From assembly GCF_009914755.1 (NCBI RefSeq), contig NC_060925.1: 64,000 bases of DNA; one strand, given 5' to 3'. Below are positions 46,401 to 61,100 of this stretch, piece after piece. Source of the DNA: the human T2T-CHM13v2.0 reference genome, Homo sapiens. The first letter of the stretch is position 1. Each line of letters opens with the position of its first letter. The notes under the pieces were generated by a model. That model did not search any database. It was not told where the DNA came from and saw only the letters and a list, made by a program, of their open reading frames with translations. The translations under genes and the position numbers were made by a program.

Positions 46401-49400
46401 TATCGAATGCAATCGAATAGAATCATCGAATGGACTCGAATGGAATCATCGAATGGAATGGAATGGAACAGTCAATGAACGCGAATGGAATCATCATTGA
46501 ATGGAATCGAATGGAATCATCGAGTGGAATCGAATGGAATTATGATCAAATGGAATCGAATGTTATCATCATCAAATGGAATCAAAAATAACCATCATCA
46601 ATTGGTATTGAATGGAATTGTCATCAAATGGAATTCAAAGGAATCATCATCAAATGGAACCGAATGAAATCCTCATTGAATGGAAATGAAAGGGGTCATC
46701 ATCTAATGGAATCGCATGGAATCATCATCAAATGGAATCTAATGGAATCATTGAACAGAATTGAATGGAATCGTCATCGAATGAATTGAATGCAATCATC
46801 GAATGGTGTCGAATGGAATCATCTTCTAATGGAAAGGAATGGAATCATCGCATAGAATCGAATGGAATTATCATCGAATGGAATCGAATGGTATCAACAC
46901 CAAACGGAAAAAAACGGAATTATCGAATGGAATCGAAGAGAATCTTCGAACGGACCCGAATGGAATCATCTAATGGAATGGAATGGAATAATCCATGGAC
47001 TCGAATGCAATCATCATCGAATGGAATCGAATGGAATCATCGAATGGACTCGAATGGAATAATCATTGAACGGAATCGAATGGAATCATCATCGGATGGA
47101 AACGAATGGAATCATGATCGAATGGAAATGAAAGGAGTCATCATCTAATGGAATTGCATGGAATCATCATAAAATGGAATCGAATGGAATCAACATCAAA
47201 TGGAATCAAATGGAATCATTGAACGGAATTGAATGGAATCGTCATTGAATGAATTGACTGCAATCATCGAATGGTCTCGGAATCATCTTCAAATGGAATG
47301 GAATGGAATCATCGCATAGAATCGAATGGAATTATCAGCAAATGGAATCGAATGGAATCAACATCAAACGGAAAAAAACGGAATTATCGAATGGAATCGA
47401 AGAGAATCATCGAATGGACCCGAATGGAATCATCTAATGGAATGGAATGGAATAATCCATGGACTCGAATGCAATCATCATCGAATGGAATCGAATGGAA
47501 TCATCGAATGGACTCGAATGGAATAATCATTGAACGGAATCGAATGGAATCATCATCGGATGGAAATGAATGGAATCATCATCGAATGGAATCGAATAGA
47601 ATTATGGAATGAAATCCAGTGTGATCATCATCGAATGGACCCGAATGGAATCATCATCCAACGGAAGCTAATGGAATCAACATCGAATGAATCGAATGGA
47701 AACACCATCGAATTGAAACGAATGGAATTATCATGAAATTGAAATGGATGGACTCATCATCGAATGGATTCGAATGGAATCATCGAATAAAATTGATTGA
47801 AATCATCATCGAATGGAATCGAATGGTATCATTGAATGGAATCGAATGGAATCATCATCAGATGGAAATGAATGGAATCGTCATAGAATGGAATCGAATG
47901 GATTCATTGAATGGAATCAGATGGAATCATCGAATGGACTGGAATGGAATCATTGAATGGACTCGAAAGGGATCATGATTGAATGGAATTGAATGGAATC
48001 ATCGAATGGTCTCGATTGGAATCATTATCAAATGGAATCGAATGGAATCACCGAATAGAATCGAATGGAACAATCATCGAATGGACTCAAATGGAATTAT
48101 CCTCAAATGGAATCGAATGGAATTATCGAATGCAATCAAATGGAATTATCGAATGCAATCGAATAGAATCATCGAATGGACTCGAGTGGAATCATCGAAT
48201 GGAATGGAATGGAACAGTCAATGAACACGAATGGAATCATCATTGAATGGAATCGAATGGAATCATCGAGTGGAATCGAATGGAATTATGATCAAATGGA
48301 ATCGAATGTAATCATCATCAAATGGAATCAAAAATAACCATCATCAATTGGTATTGAATGGAATTGTAATCAAATGGAATTCAAAGGAATCATCATCAAA
48401 TGGAACCGAATGGAATCCTCATTGAATGGAAATGAATGGGGTCATCATATAATGGAATCGTATGGAATCATCATCAAATGGAATCGAATGGAATCATCAT
48501 CAAATGGAATCTAATGGAATCATTGAACAGAATTGAATGGAATCGTCATCGAATGAATTGAATGCAATCATCGAATGGTCTCGAATGGAATCATCTTCTA
48601 ATGGAAAGGAATGGAATCATCGCATAGAATCGAATGGAATTATCATCGAATGGAATCGAATGGTATCAACACCAAACGGAAAAAAACGGAATTATCGAAT
48701 GGAATCGAAGAGAATCTTCGAACGGACCCGAATGGAATCATCTAATGGAATGGAATGGAATAATCCATGGACTCGAATGCAATCATCATCGAATGGAATC
48801 GAATGGAATCATCGAATGGACTCGAATGGAATAATCATTGAACGGAATCGAATGGAATCATCATCGGATGGAAACGAATGGAATCATCATCGAATGGAAA
48901 TGAAAGGAGTCATCATCTAATGCAATTGCATGGAATCATCATCAAATGGAATCGAATGGAATCAACATCAAATGGAATCTAATGGAATCATTGAACAGAA
49001 TTGAATGGAATCATCATCGAATGAATTGACTGCAATCATCGAATGGTCTCGAATGGAATCATCTTCAAATGGAATGGAATGGAATCATCGCATAGAATCG
49101 AATGGAATTATCATCGAATGGAATCGAATGGAATCAACATCAAACGGAAAAAAACGGAATTATCGAATGGAATCGAAGAGAATCATCGAATGGACCCGAA
49201 TGGAATCATCTAATGGAATGGAATGGAATAATCCATGGACTCGAATGCAATCATCATCGAATGGAATCGAATGGAATCATCGAATGGACTCGAATGGAAT
49301 AATCATTGAACGGAATCGAATGGAATCATCATCGGATGGAAATGAATGGAATCATCATCGAATGGAATCGAATAGAATTATGGAATGAAATCCAGTGTGA

Positions 49401-52400
49401 TCATCATCGAATGGACCCGAATGGAATCATCATCCAACGGAAGCTAATGGAATCAACATCGAATGAATCAAATGGAAACACCATCGAATTGAAACGAATG
49501 GAATTATCATGAAATTGAAATGGATGGACTCATCATCGAATGGATTCGAATGGAATCATCGAATAAAATTGATTGAAATCATCATCGAATGGAATCGAAT
49601 GGTATCATTGAATGGAATCGAATGGAATCATCATCAGATGGAAATGAATGGAATCGTCATAGAATGGAATCGAATGGATTCATTGAATGGAATCAGATGG
49701 AATCATCGAATGGACTGGAATGGAATCATTGAATGGACTCGAAAGGGATCATGATTGAATGGAATTGAATGGAATCATCGAATGGTCTCGATTGGAATCA
49801 TTATCAAATGGAATCGAATGGAATCACCGAATAGAATCGAATGGAACAATCATCGAATGGACTCAAATGGAATTATCCTCAAATGGAATCGAATGGAATT
49901 ATCGAATGCAATCGAATGGAATTATCGAATGCAATCGAATAGAATCATCGAATGGACTCGAACGGAATCATCGAATGGAATGGAATGGAACAGTCAATGA
50001 ACTCGAATGGAATCATCATTGAATGGAATCGAATGGAATCATCGAGTGGAATCGAATGGAATTATGATCAAATGGAATCGAATGTAATCATCATCAAATG
50101 GAATGAAAAATAACCATCATCAATTGGTATTGAATGGAATTGTCATCAAATGGAATTCAAAGGAATCATCAACAAATGGAACTGAATGGAATCCTCATTG
50201 AATGGAAATGAAAGGGGTCATCATCTAATGGAATCGCATGGAATCATCATCAAATGGAATCGAATGGAATCATCATCAAATGGAATCTAATGGAATCATT
50301 GAACAGAATTGAATGGAATCGTCATCGAATGAATTGAATGCAATCATCGAATGGTCTCGAATGGAATCATCTTCTAATGGAAATGAATGGAATCATCGCA
50401 TAGAATCGAATGGAATTAACATTGAATGGACTCGAATGGAATCAACATCAAATGGAATCAAGCGGAATTATCGAATGGAATCGAAGAGATTCATCGAATG
50501 GACTCGAATGGAATCATCTAATGGAATGGAATGGAATAATCCATGGACCCGAATGTAATCATCATCGTATAAAATCGAATGGAATCATCGAATGGACTCG
50601 AATGGAATAATCATTGAACGGAATCGAATGGAATCATCATCGGATGGAAACGAATGGAATCATCATCGAATGGAAATGAAAGGAGTCATCATCTAATGGA
50701 ATTGCATGGAATCATCATAAAATGGAATCGAATGGAATCAACATCAAATGGAATCAAATGGAATCATTGAACGGAATTGAATGGAGTCGTCATCGAATGA
50801 ATTGAATGCAATCATCGAATGGTCTCGAATGGAATCATCTTCAAATGGAATGGAATGGAATCATCGCATAGAATCGAATGGAATTATCATCGAATGGAAT
50901 CGAATGGAATCAACCTCAAACGTAAAAAAACGGAATTATCGAATGGAATCGAAGAGAATCATCGAATGGACCCGAATGGAATCATCTAATGGAATGGAAT
51001 GGAATAATCCATGGACTCGAATGCAATCATCATCGAATGGAATCGAATGGAATCATCGAGTGGACTCGAATGGAATAATCATTGAACGGAATCGAATGGA
51101 ATCATCATCGGATGGAAATGAATGGAATCATCATCGAATGGAATCGAATAGAATTATGGAATGAAATCCAGTGTGATCATCATCGAATGGACCCGAATGG
51201 AATCATCATCCAACGGAAGCTAATGGAATCAACATGGAATGAATCGAATGGAAACACCATCGAATTGAAACGAATGGAATTATCATGAAATTGAAATGGA
51301 TGGACTCATCATCGAATGGATTCGAATGGAATCATCGAATAAAATTGATTGAAATCATCATCGAATGGAATCGAATGGTATCATTGAATGGAATCGAATG
51401 GAATCATCATCAGATGGAAATGAATGGAATCGTCATAGAATGGAATCGAATGGATTCATTGAATGGAATCAGATGGAATCATCGAATGGACTGGAATGGA
51501 ATCATTGAATGGACTCGAAAGGGATCATGATTGAATGGAATTGAATGGAATCATCGAATGGTCTCGATTGGAATCATTATCAAATGGAATCGAATGGAAT
51601 CACCGAATAGAATCGAATGGAACAATCATCGAATGGACTCAAATGGAATTATCCTCAAATGGAATCGAATGGAATTATCGAATGCAATCGAATGGAATTA
51701 TCGAATGCAATCGAATAGAATCATCGAATGGACTCGAATGGAATCATCGAATGGAATGGAATGGAACAGTCAATGAACACGAATGGAATCATCATTGAAT
51801 GGAATCGAATGGAATCATCGAGTGGAATCGAATGGAATTATGATCAAATGGAATCGAATGTAATCATCATCAAATGGAATCAAAAATAACCATCATCAAT
51901 TGGTATTGAATGGAATTGTCATCAAATGGAATTCAAAGGAATCATCATCAAATGGAACCGAATGGAATCCTCATTTAATGGAAATGAAAGGGGTCATCAT
52001 CTAATGGAATCGCATGGAATCATCATCAAATGGAATCTAATGGAATCATTGAACAGAATTGAATGGAATCGTCATCGAATGAATTGAATGCAATCATCGA
52101 ATGGTCTCGAATGGAATCATCTTCTAATGCAAAGGAATGGAATCATCGCATAGAATCGAATGGAATTATCATCAAATGGAATCGAATGGTATCAACACCA
52201 AACGGAAAAAAACGGAATTATCGAATGGAATCGAAGAGAATCTTCGAACGGACCCGAATGGAATCATCTAATGGAATGGAATGGAATAATCCATGGACTC
52301 GAATGCAATCATCATCGAATGGAATCGAATGGAATCATCGAATGGACTCGAATGGAATAATCATTGAACGGAATCGAATGGAATCATCATCGGATGGAAA

Positions 52401-55400
52401 CGAATGGAATCATCATCGAATGGAAATGAAAGGAGTCATCATCTAATGCAATTGCATGGAATCATCATCAAATGGAATCGAATGGAATCAACATCAAATG
52501 GAATCTAATGGAATCATTGAACAGAATTGAATGGAATCGTCATCGAATGAATTGACTGCAATCATCGAATGGTCTCGAATGGAATCATCTTCAAATGGAA
52601 TGGAATGGAATCATCGCATAGAATCGAATGGAATTATCATCGAATGGAATCGAATGGAATCAACATCAAACGGAAAAAAACGGAATTATCGAATGGAATC
52701 GAAGAGAATCATCGAATGGACCCGAATGGAATCATCTAATGGAATGGAATGGAATAATCCATGGACTCGAATGCAATCATCATCGAATGGAATCGAATGG
52801 AATCATCGAATGGACTCGAATGGAATAATCATTGAACGGAATCGAATGGAATCATCATCGGATGGAAATGAATGGAATCATCATCGAATGGAATCGAATA
52901 GAATTATGGAATGAAATCCAGTGTGATCATCATCGAATGGACCCGAATGGAATCATCATCCAACGGAAGCTAATGGAATCAACATCGAATGAATCCAATG
53001 GAAACATCATCGAATTGAAACGAATGGAATTATCATGAAATTGAAATGGATGGACTCATCATCGAATGGATTCGAATGGAATCATCGAATAAAAGTGATT
53101 GAAATCATCATCGAATGGAATCGAATGGTATCATTGAATGGAATCGAATGGAATCATCATCAGATGGAAATGAATGGAATCGTCATAGAATGGAATCGAA
53201 TGGATTCATTGAATGGAATCAGATGGAATCATCGAATGGACTGGAATGGAATCATTGAATGGACTCGAAAGGGATCATGATTGAATGGAATTGAATGGAA
53301 TCATCGAATGGTCTCGATTGGAATCATTATCAAATGGAATCGAATGGAATCACCGAATAGAATCGAATGGAACAATCATCGAATGGACTCAAATGGAATT
53401 ATCCTCAAATGGAATCGAATGGAATTATCGAATGCAATCGAATGGAATTATCGAATGCAATCGAATAGAATCATCGAATGGACTCGAATGGAATCATCGA
53501 ATGGAATGGAATGGAACAGTCAATGAACTCGAATGGAATCATCATTGAATGGAATCGAATGGAATCATCGAGTGGAATCGAATGGAATTATGATCAAATG
53601 GAATCGAATGTAATCATCATCAAATGGAATCAAAAATAACCATCATCAATTGGTATTGAATGGAATTGTCATCAAATGGAATTCAAAGGAATCATCATCA
53701 AATGGAACCGAATGGAATCCTCATTGAATGGAAATGAAAGGGGTCATCATCTAATGGAATCGCATGGAATCATCATCAAATGGAATCGAATGGAATCATC
53801 ATCAAATGGAATCTAATGGAATCATTGAACAGAATTGAATGGAATCGTCATCGAATGAATTGAATGCAATCATCGAATGGTCTCGAATGGAATCATCTTC
53901 TAATGGAAAGGAATGGAATCATCGCATAGAATCGAATGGAATTATCATCGAATGGAATCGAATGGTATCAACACCAAACGGAAAAAAACGGAATTATCGA
54001 ATGGAATCGAAGAGAATCTTCGAACGGACCCGAATGGAATCATCTAATGGAATGGAATGGAATAATCCATGGACTCGAATGCAATCATCATCGAATGGAA
54101 TCGAATGGAATCATCGAATGGACTCGAATGGAATAATCATTGAACGGAATCGAATGGAATCATCATCGGATGGAAACGAATGGAATCATGATCGAATGGA
54201 AATGAAAGGAGTCATCATCTAATGGAATTGCATGGAATCATCATAAAATGGAATCGAATGGAATCAACATCAAATGGAATCAAATGGAATCATTGAACGG
54301 AATTGAATGGAATCGTCATCGAATGAATTGACTGCAATCATCGAATGGTCTCGAATGGAATCATCTTCAAATGGAATGGAATGGAATCATCGCATAGAAT
54401 CGAATGGAATTATCATCGAATGGAATCGAATGGAATCAACATCAAACGGAAAAAAACGGAATTATCGAATGGAATCGAAGAGAATCATCGAATGGACCCG
54501 AATGGAATCATCTAATGGAATGGAATGGAATAATCCATGGACTCGAATGCAATCATCATCGAATGGAATCGAATGGAATCATCGAATGGACTCGAATGGA
54601 ATAATCATTGAACGGAATAGAATGGAATCATCATCGGATGGAAATGAATGGAATCATCATCGAATGGAATCGAATAGAATTATGGAATGAAATCCAGTGT
54701 GATCATCATCGAATGGACCCGAATGGAATCATCATCCAACGGAAGCTAATGGAATCAACATCGAATGAATCGAATGGAAACACCATCGAATTGAAACGAA
54801 TGGAATTATCATGAAATTGAAATGGATGGACTCATCATCGAATGGATTCGAATGGAATCATCGAATAAAATTGATTGAAATCATCATCGAATGGAATCGA
54901 ATGGTATCATTGAATGGAATCGAATGGAATCATCATCAGATGGAAATGAATGGAATCGTCATAGAATGGAATCGAATGGATTCATTGAATGGAATCAGAT
55001 GGAATCATCGAATGGACTGGAATGGAATCATTGAATGGACTCGAAAGGGATCATGATTGAATGGAATTGAATGGAATCATCGAATGATCTCGATTGGAAT
55101 CATTATCAAATGGAATCGAATGGAATCACCGAATAGAATCGAATGGAACAATCATCGAATGGACTCAAATGGAATTATCCTCAAATGGAATCGAATGGAA
55201 TTATCGAATGCAATCGAATGGAATTATCGAATGCAATCGAATAGAATCATCGAATGGACTCGAATGGAATCATCGAATGGAATGGAATGGAACAGTCAAT
55301 GAACTCGAATGGAATCATCATTGAATGGAATCGAATGGAATCATCGAGTGGAATCGAATGGAATTATGATCAAATGCAATCGAATGTAATCCTCATCAAA

Positions 55401-58136
55401 TGGAATCAAAAATAACCATCATCAATTGGTATTGAATGGAATTGTCATCAAATGGAATTCAAAGGAATCATCATCAAATGGAACCGAATGGAATCCTCAT
55501 TGAATGGAAATGAAAGGGGTCATCATCTAATGGAATCGCATGGAATCATCATCAAATGGAATCGAATGGAATCATCATCAAATGGAATCTAATGGAATCA
55601 TTGAACAGAATTGAATGGAATCGTCATCGAATGAATTGAATGCAATCATCGAATGGTCTCGAATGGAATCATCTTCTAATGGAAAGGAATGGAATCATCG
55701 CATAGAATCGAATGGAATTATCATCGAATGGAATCGAATGGTATAAACACCAAACGGAAAAAAACGGAATTATCGAATGGAATCGAAGAGAATCTTCGAA
55801 CGGACCCGAATGGAATCATCTAATGGAATGGAATGGAATAATCCATGGACTCGAATGCAATCATCATCGAATGGAATCGAATGGAATCATCGAATGGACT
55901 CGAATGGAATAATCATTGAACGGAATCGAATGGAATCATCATCGGATGGAAACGAATGGAATCATCATCGAATGGAAATGAAAGGAGTCATCATCTAATG
56001 GAATTGCATGGAATCATCATAAAATGGAATCGAATGGAATCAACATCAAATGGAATCAAATGGAATCATTGAACGGAATTGAATGGAATCGTCATCGAAT
56101 GAATTGACTGCAATCATCCAATGGTCTCGAATGGAATCATCTTCAAATGGAATGGAATGGAATCATCGCATAGAATCGAATGGAATTATCATCGAATGGA
56201 ATCGAATGGAATCAACATCAAACGGAAAAAAACGGAATTATCGAATGGAATCGAAGAGAATCATCGAATGGACCCGAATGGAATCATCTAATGGAATGGA
56301 ATGGAATAATCCATGGACTCGAATGCAATCATCATCGAATGGAATCGAATGGAATCATCGAATGGACTCGAATGGAATAATCATTGAACGGAATCGAATG
56401 GAATCATCATCGGATGGAAATGAATGGAATCATCATCGAATGGAATCGAATAGAATTATGGAATGAAATCCAGTGTGATCATCATCGAATGGACCCGAAT
56501 GGAATCATCATCCAACGGAAGCTAATGGAATCAACATCGAATGAATCGAATGGAAACACCATCGAATTGAAACGAATGGAATTATCATGAAATTGAAATG
56601 GATGGACTCATCATCGAATGGATTCGAATGGAATTATCGAATAAAATTGATTGAAATCATCATCCAATGGAATCGAATGGTATCATTGAATGGAATCGAA
56701 TGGAATCATCATCAGATGGAAATGAATGGAATCGTCATAGAATGGAATCGAATGGATTCATTGAATGGAATCAGATGGAATCATCGAATGGACTGGAATG
56801 GAATCATTGAATGGACTCGAAAGGGATCATGATTGAATGGAATTGAATGGAATCATCGAATGGTCTCGATTGGAATCATTATCAAATGGAATCGAATGGA
56901 ATCACCGAATAGAATCGAATGGAACAATCATAGAATGGACTCAAATGGAATTATCCTCAAATGGAATCGAATGGAATTATCGAATGCAATCGAATGGAAT
57001 TATCGAATGCAATCGAATAGAATCATCGAATGGACTCGAATGGAATCATCGAATGGAATGGAATGGAACAGTCAATGAACTCGAATGGAATCATCATTGA
57101 ATGGAATCGAATGGAATCATCGAGTGGAATCGAATGGAATTATGATCAAATGGAATCGAATGTAATCATCATCAAATGGAATCAAAAATAACCATCATCA
57201 ATTGGTATTGAATGGAATTGTCATCAAATGGAATTCAAAGGAATCATCATCAAATGGAACCGAATGGAATCCTCATTGAATGGAAATGAAAGGGGTCATC
57301 ATCTAATGGAATCGCATGGAATCATCATCTAATGGAATCGAATGGAATCATCATCAAATGGAATCTAATGGAATCATTGAACAGAATTGAATGGAATCGT
57401 CATCGAATGAATTGAATGCAATCATCGAATGGTCTCGAATGGAATCATCTTCTAATGGAAAGGAATGGAATCATCGCATAGAATCGAATGGAATTATCAT
57501 CGAATGGAATCGAATGGTATCAACACCAAACGGAAAAAAACGGAATTATCGAATGGAATCGAAGAGAATCTTCGAACGGACCCGAATGGAATCATCTAAT
57601 GGAATGGAATTGAATAATCCATGGACTCGAATGCAATCATCATCGAATGGAATCGAATGGAATCATCGAATGGACTCGAATGGAATAATCATTGAACGGA
57701 ATCGAATGGAATCATCATCGGATGGAAACGAATGGAATCATCATCGAATGGAAATGAAAGGAGTCATCATCTAATAGAATTGCATGGAATCATCATAAAA
57801 TGGAATCGAATGGAATCAACATCAAATGGAATCAAATGGAATCATTGAACGGAATTGAATGGAATCGTCATCGAATGAATTGACTGCAATCATCGAATGG
57901 TCTCGAATGGAATCATCTTCAAATGGAATGGAATGGAATCATCGCATAGAATCGAATGGAATTATCATCGAATGGAATCGAATGGAATCAACATCAAACG
58001 GAAAAAAACGGAATTATCGAATGGAATCGAAGAGAATCATCGAATGGACCCGAATGGAATCATCTAATGGAATGGAATGGAATAATCCATGGACTCGAAT
58101 GCAATCATCATCGAATGGAATCGAATGGAATCATCG

Positions 58137-61100
58137 AATGAACTCGAATGGAATCATCATTGAATGGAATCGAATGGAATCATCGAGTGGAATCGAATGG
58201 AATTATGATCAAATGGAATCGAATGTAATCATCATCAAATGGAATCAAAAATAACCATCATCAATTGGTATTGAATGGAATTGTCATCAAATGGAATTCA
58301 AAGGAATCATCATCAAATGGAACCGAATGGAATCCTCATTGAATGGAAATGAAAGGGGTCATCATCTAATGGAATCGCATGGAATCATCATCAAATGGAA
58401 TCGAATGGAATCATCATCAAATGGAATCTAATGGAATCATTGAACAGAATTGAATGGAATCGTCATCGAATGAATTGAATGCAATCATCGAATGGTCTCG
58501 AATGGAATCATCTTCTAATGGAAAGGAATGGAATCATCGCATAGAATCGAATGGAATTATCATCGAATGGAATCGAATGGTATCAACACCAAACGGAAAA
58601 AAACGGAATTATCGAATGGAATCGAAGAGAATCTTCGAACGGACCCGAATGGAATCATCTAATGGAATGGAATGGAATAATCCATGGACTCGAATGCAAT
58701 CATCATCGAATGGAATCGAATGGAATCATCGAATGGACTCGAATGGAATAATCATTGAACGGAATCGAATGGAATCATCATCGGATGGAAACGAATGGAA
58801 TCATCATCGAATGGAAATGAAAGGAGTCATCATCTAATGGAATTGCATGGAATCATCATAAAATGGAATCGAATGGAATCAACATCAAATGGAATCAAAT
58901 GGAATCATTGAACGGAATTGAATGGAATCGTCATCGAATGAATTGACTGCAATCATCGAATGGTCTCGAATGGAATCATCTTCAAATGGAATGGAATGGA
59001 ATCATCGCATAGAATCGAATGGAATTATCATCGAATGGAATCGAATGGAATCAACATCAAACGGAAAAAAACGGAATTATCGAATGGAATCGAAGAGAAT
59101 CATCGAATGGACCCGAATGGAATCATCTAATGGAATGGAATGGAATAATCCATGGACTCCAATGCAATCATCATCGAATGGAATCGAATGGAATCATCGA
59201 ATGGACTCGAATGGAATAATCATTGAACGGAAACGAATGGAATCATCATCGGATGGAAATGAATGGAATCATCATCGAATGGAATCGAATAGAATTATGG
59301 AATGAAATCCAGTGTGATCATCATCGAATGGACCCGAATGGAATCATCATCCAACGGAAGCTAATGGAATCAACATCGAATGAATCGAATGGAAACACCA
59401 TCGAATTGAAACGAATGGAATTATCATGAAATTGAAAGGGATGGACTCATCATCGAATGGATTCGAATGGAATCATCGAATAAAATTGATTGAAATCATC
59501 ATCGAATGGAATCGAATGGTATCATTGAATGGAATCGAATGGAATCATCATCAGATGGAAATGAATGGAATCGTCATAGAATGGAATCGAATGGATTCAT
59601 TGAATGGAATCAGACGGAATCATCGAATGGACTGGAATGGAATCATTGAATGGACTCGAAAGGGATCATGATTGAATGGAATTGAATGGAATCATCGAAT
59701 GGTCTCGATTGGAATCATTATCAAATGGAATCGAATGGAATCACCGAATAGAATCGAATGGAACAATCATCGAATGGACTCAAATGGAATTATCCTCAAA
59801 TGGAATCGAATGGAATTATCGAATGCAATCGAATGGAATTATCGAATGCAATCGAATAGAATCATCGAATGGACTCGAATGGAATCATCGAATGGAATGG
59901 AATGGAACAGTCAATGAACACGAATGGAATCATCATTGAATGGAATCGAATGGAATCATCGAGTGGAATCGAATGGAATTATGATCAAATGGAATCGAAT
60001 GTAATCATCATCAAATGGAATCAAAAATAACCATCATCAATTGGTATTGAATGGAATTGTCATCAAATGGAATTCAAAGGAATCATCATCAAATGGAACC
60101 GAATGGAATCCTCATTGAATGGAAATGAAAGGGGTCATCATCTAATGGAATCGCATGGAATCATCATCAAATGGAATCGAATGGAATCATCATCAAATGG
60201 AATCTAATGGAATCATTGAACAGAATTGAATGGAATGGTCATTGAATGAATTGAATGCAATCATCGAATGGTCTCGAATGGAATCATCTTCTAATGGAAA
60301 GGAATGGAATCATCGCATAGAATCGAATGGAATTATCATCGAATGGAATCGAATGGTATCAACACCAAACGGAAAAAAACGGAATTATCGAATGGAATCG
60401 AAGAGAATCTTCGAACGGACCCGAATGGAATCATCTAATGGAATAGAATGGAATAATCCATGGACTCGAATGCAATCATCATCGAATGGAATCGAATGGA
60501 ATCATCGAATGGACTCGAATGGAATAATCATTGAACGGAATCGAATGGAATCATCATCGGATGGAAACGAATGGAATCATCATCGAATGGAAATGAAAGG
60601 AGTCATCATCTAATGGAATTGCATGGAATCATCATAAAATGGAATCGAATGGAATCAACATCAAATGGAATCAAATGGAATCATTGAACGGAATTGAATG
60701 GAATCGTCATCGAATGAATTGACTGCAATCATCGAATGGTCTCGGAATCATCTTCAAATGGAATGGAATGGAATCATCGCATAGAATCGAATGGAATTAT
60801 CATCGAATGGAATCGAATGGAATCAACATCAAACGGAAAAAAACGGAATTATCGAATGGAATCGAAGAGAATCATCGAATGGACCCGAATGGAATCATCT
60901 AATGGAATGGAATGGAATAATCCATGGACTCGAATGCAATCATCATCGAATGGAATCGAATGGAATCATCGAATGAACTCGAATGGAATCATCATTGAAT
61001 GGAATCGAATGGAATCATCGAGTGGAATCGAATGGAATTATGATCAAATGGAATCGAATGTAATCATCATCAAATGGAATCAAAAATAACCATCATCAAT

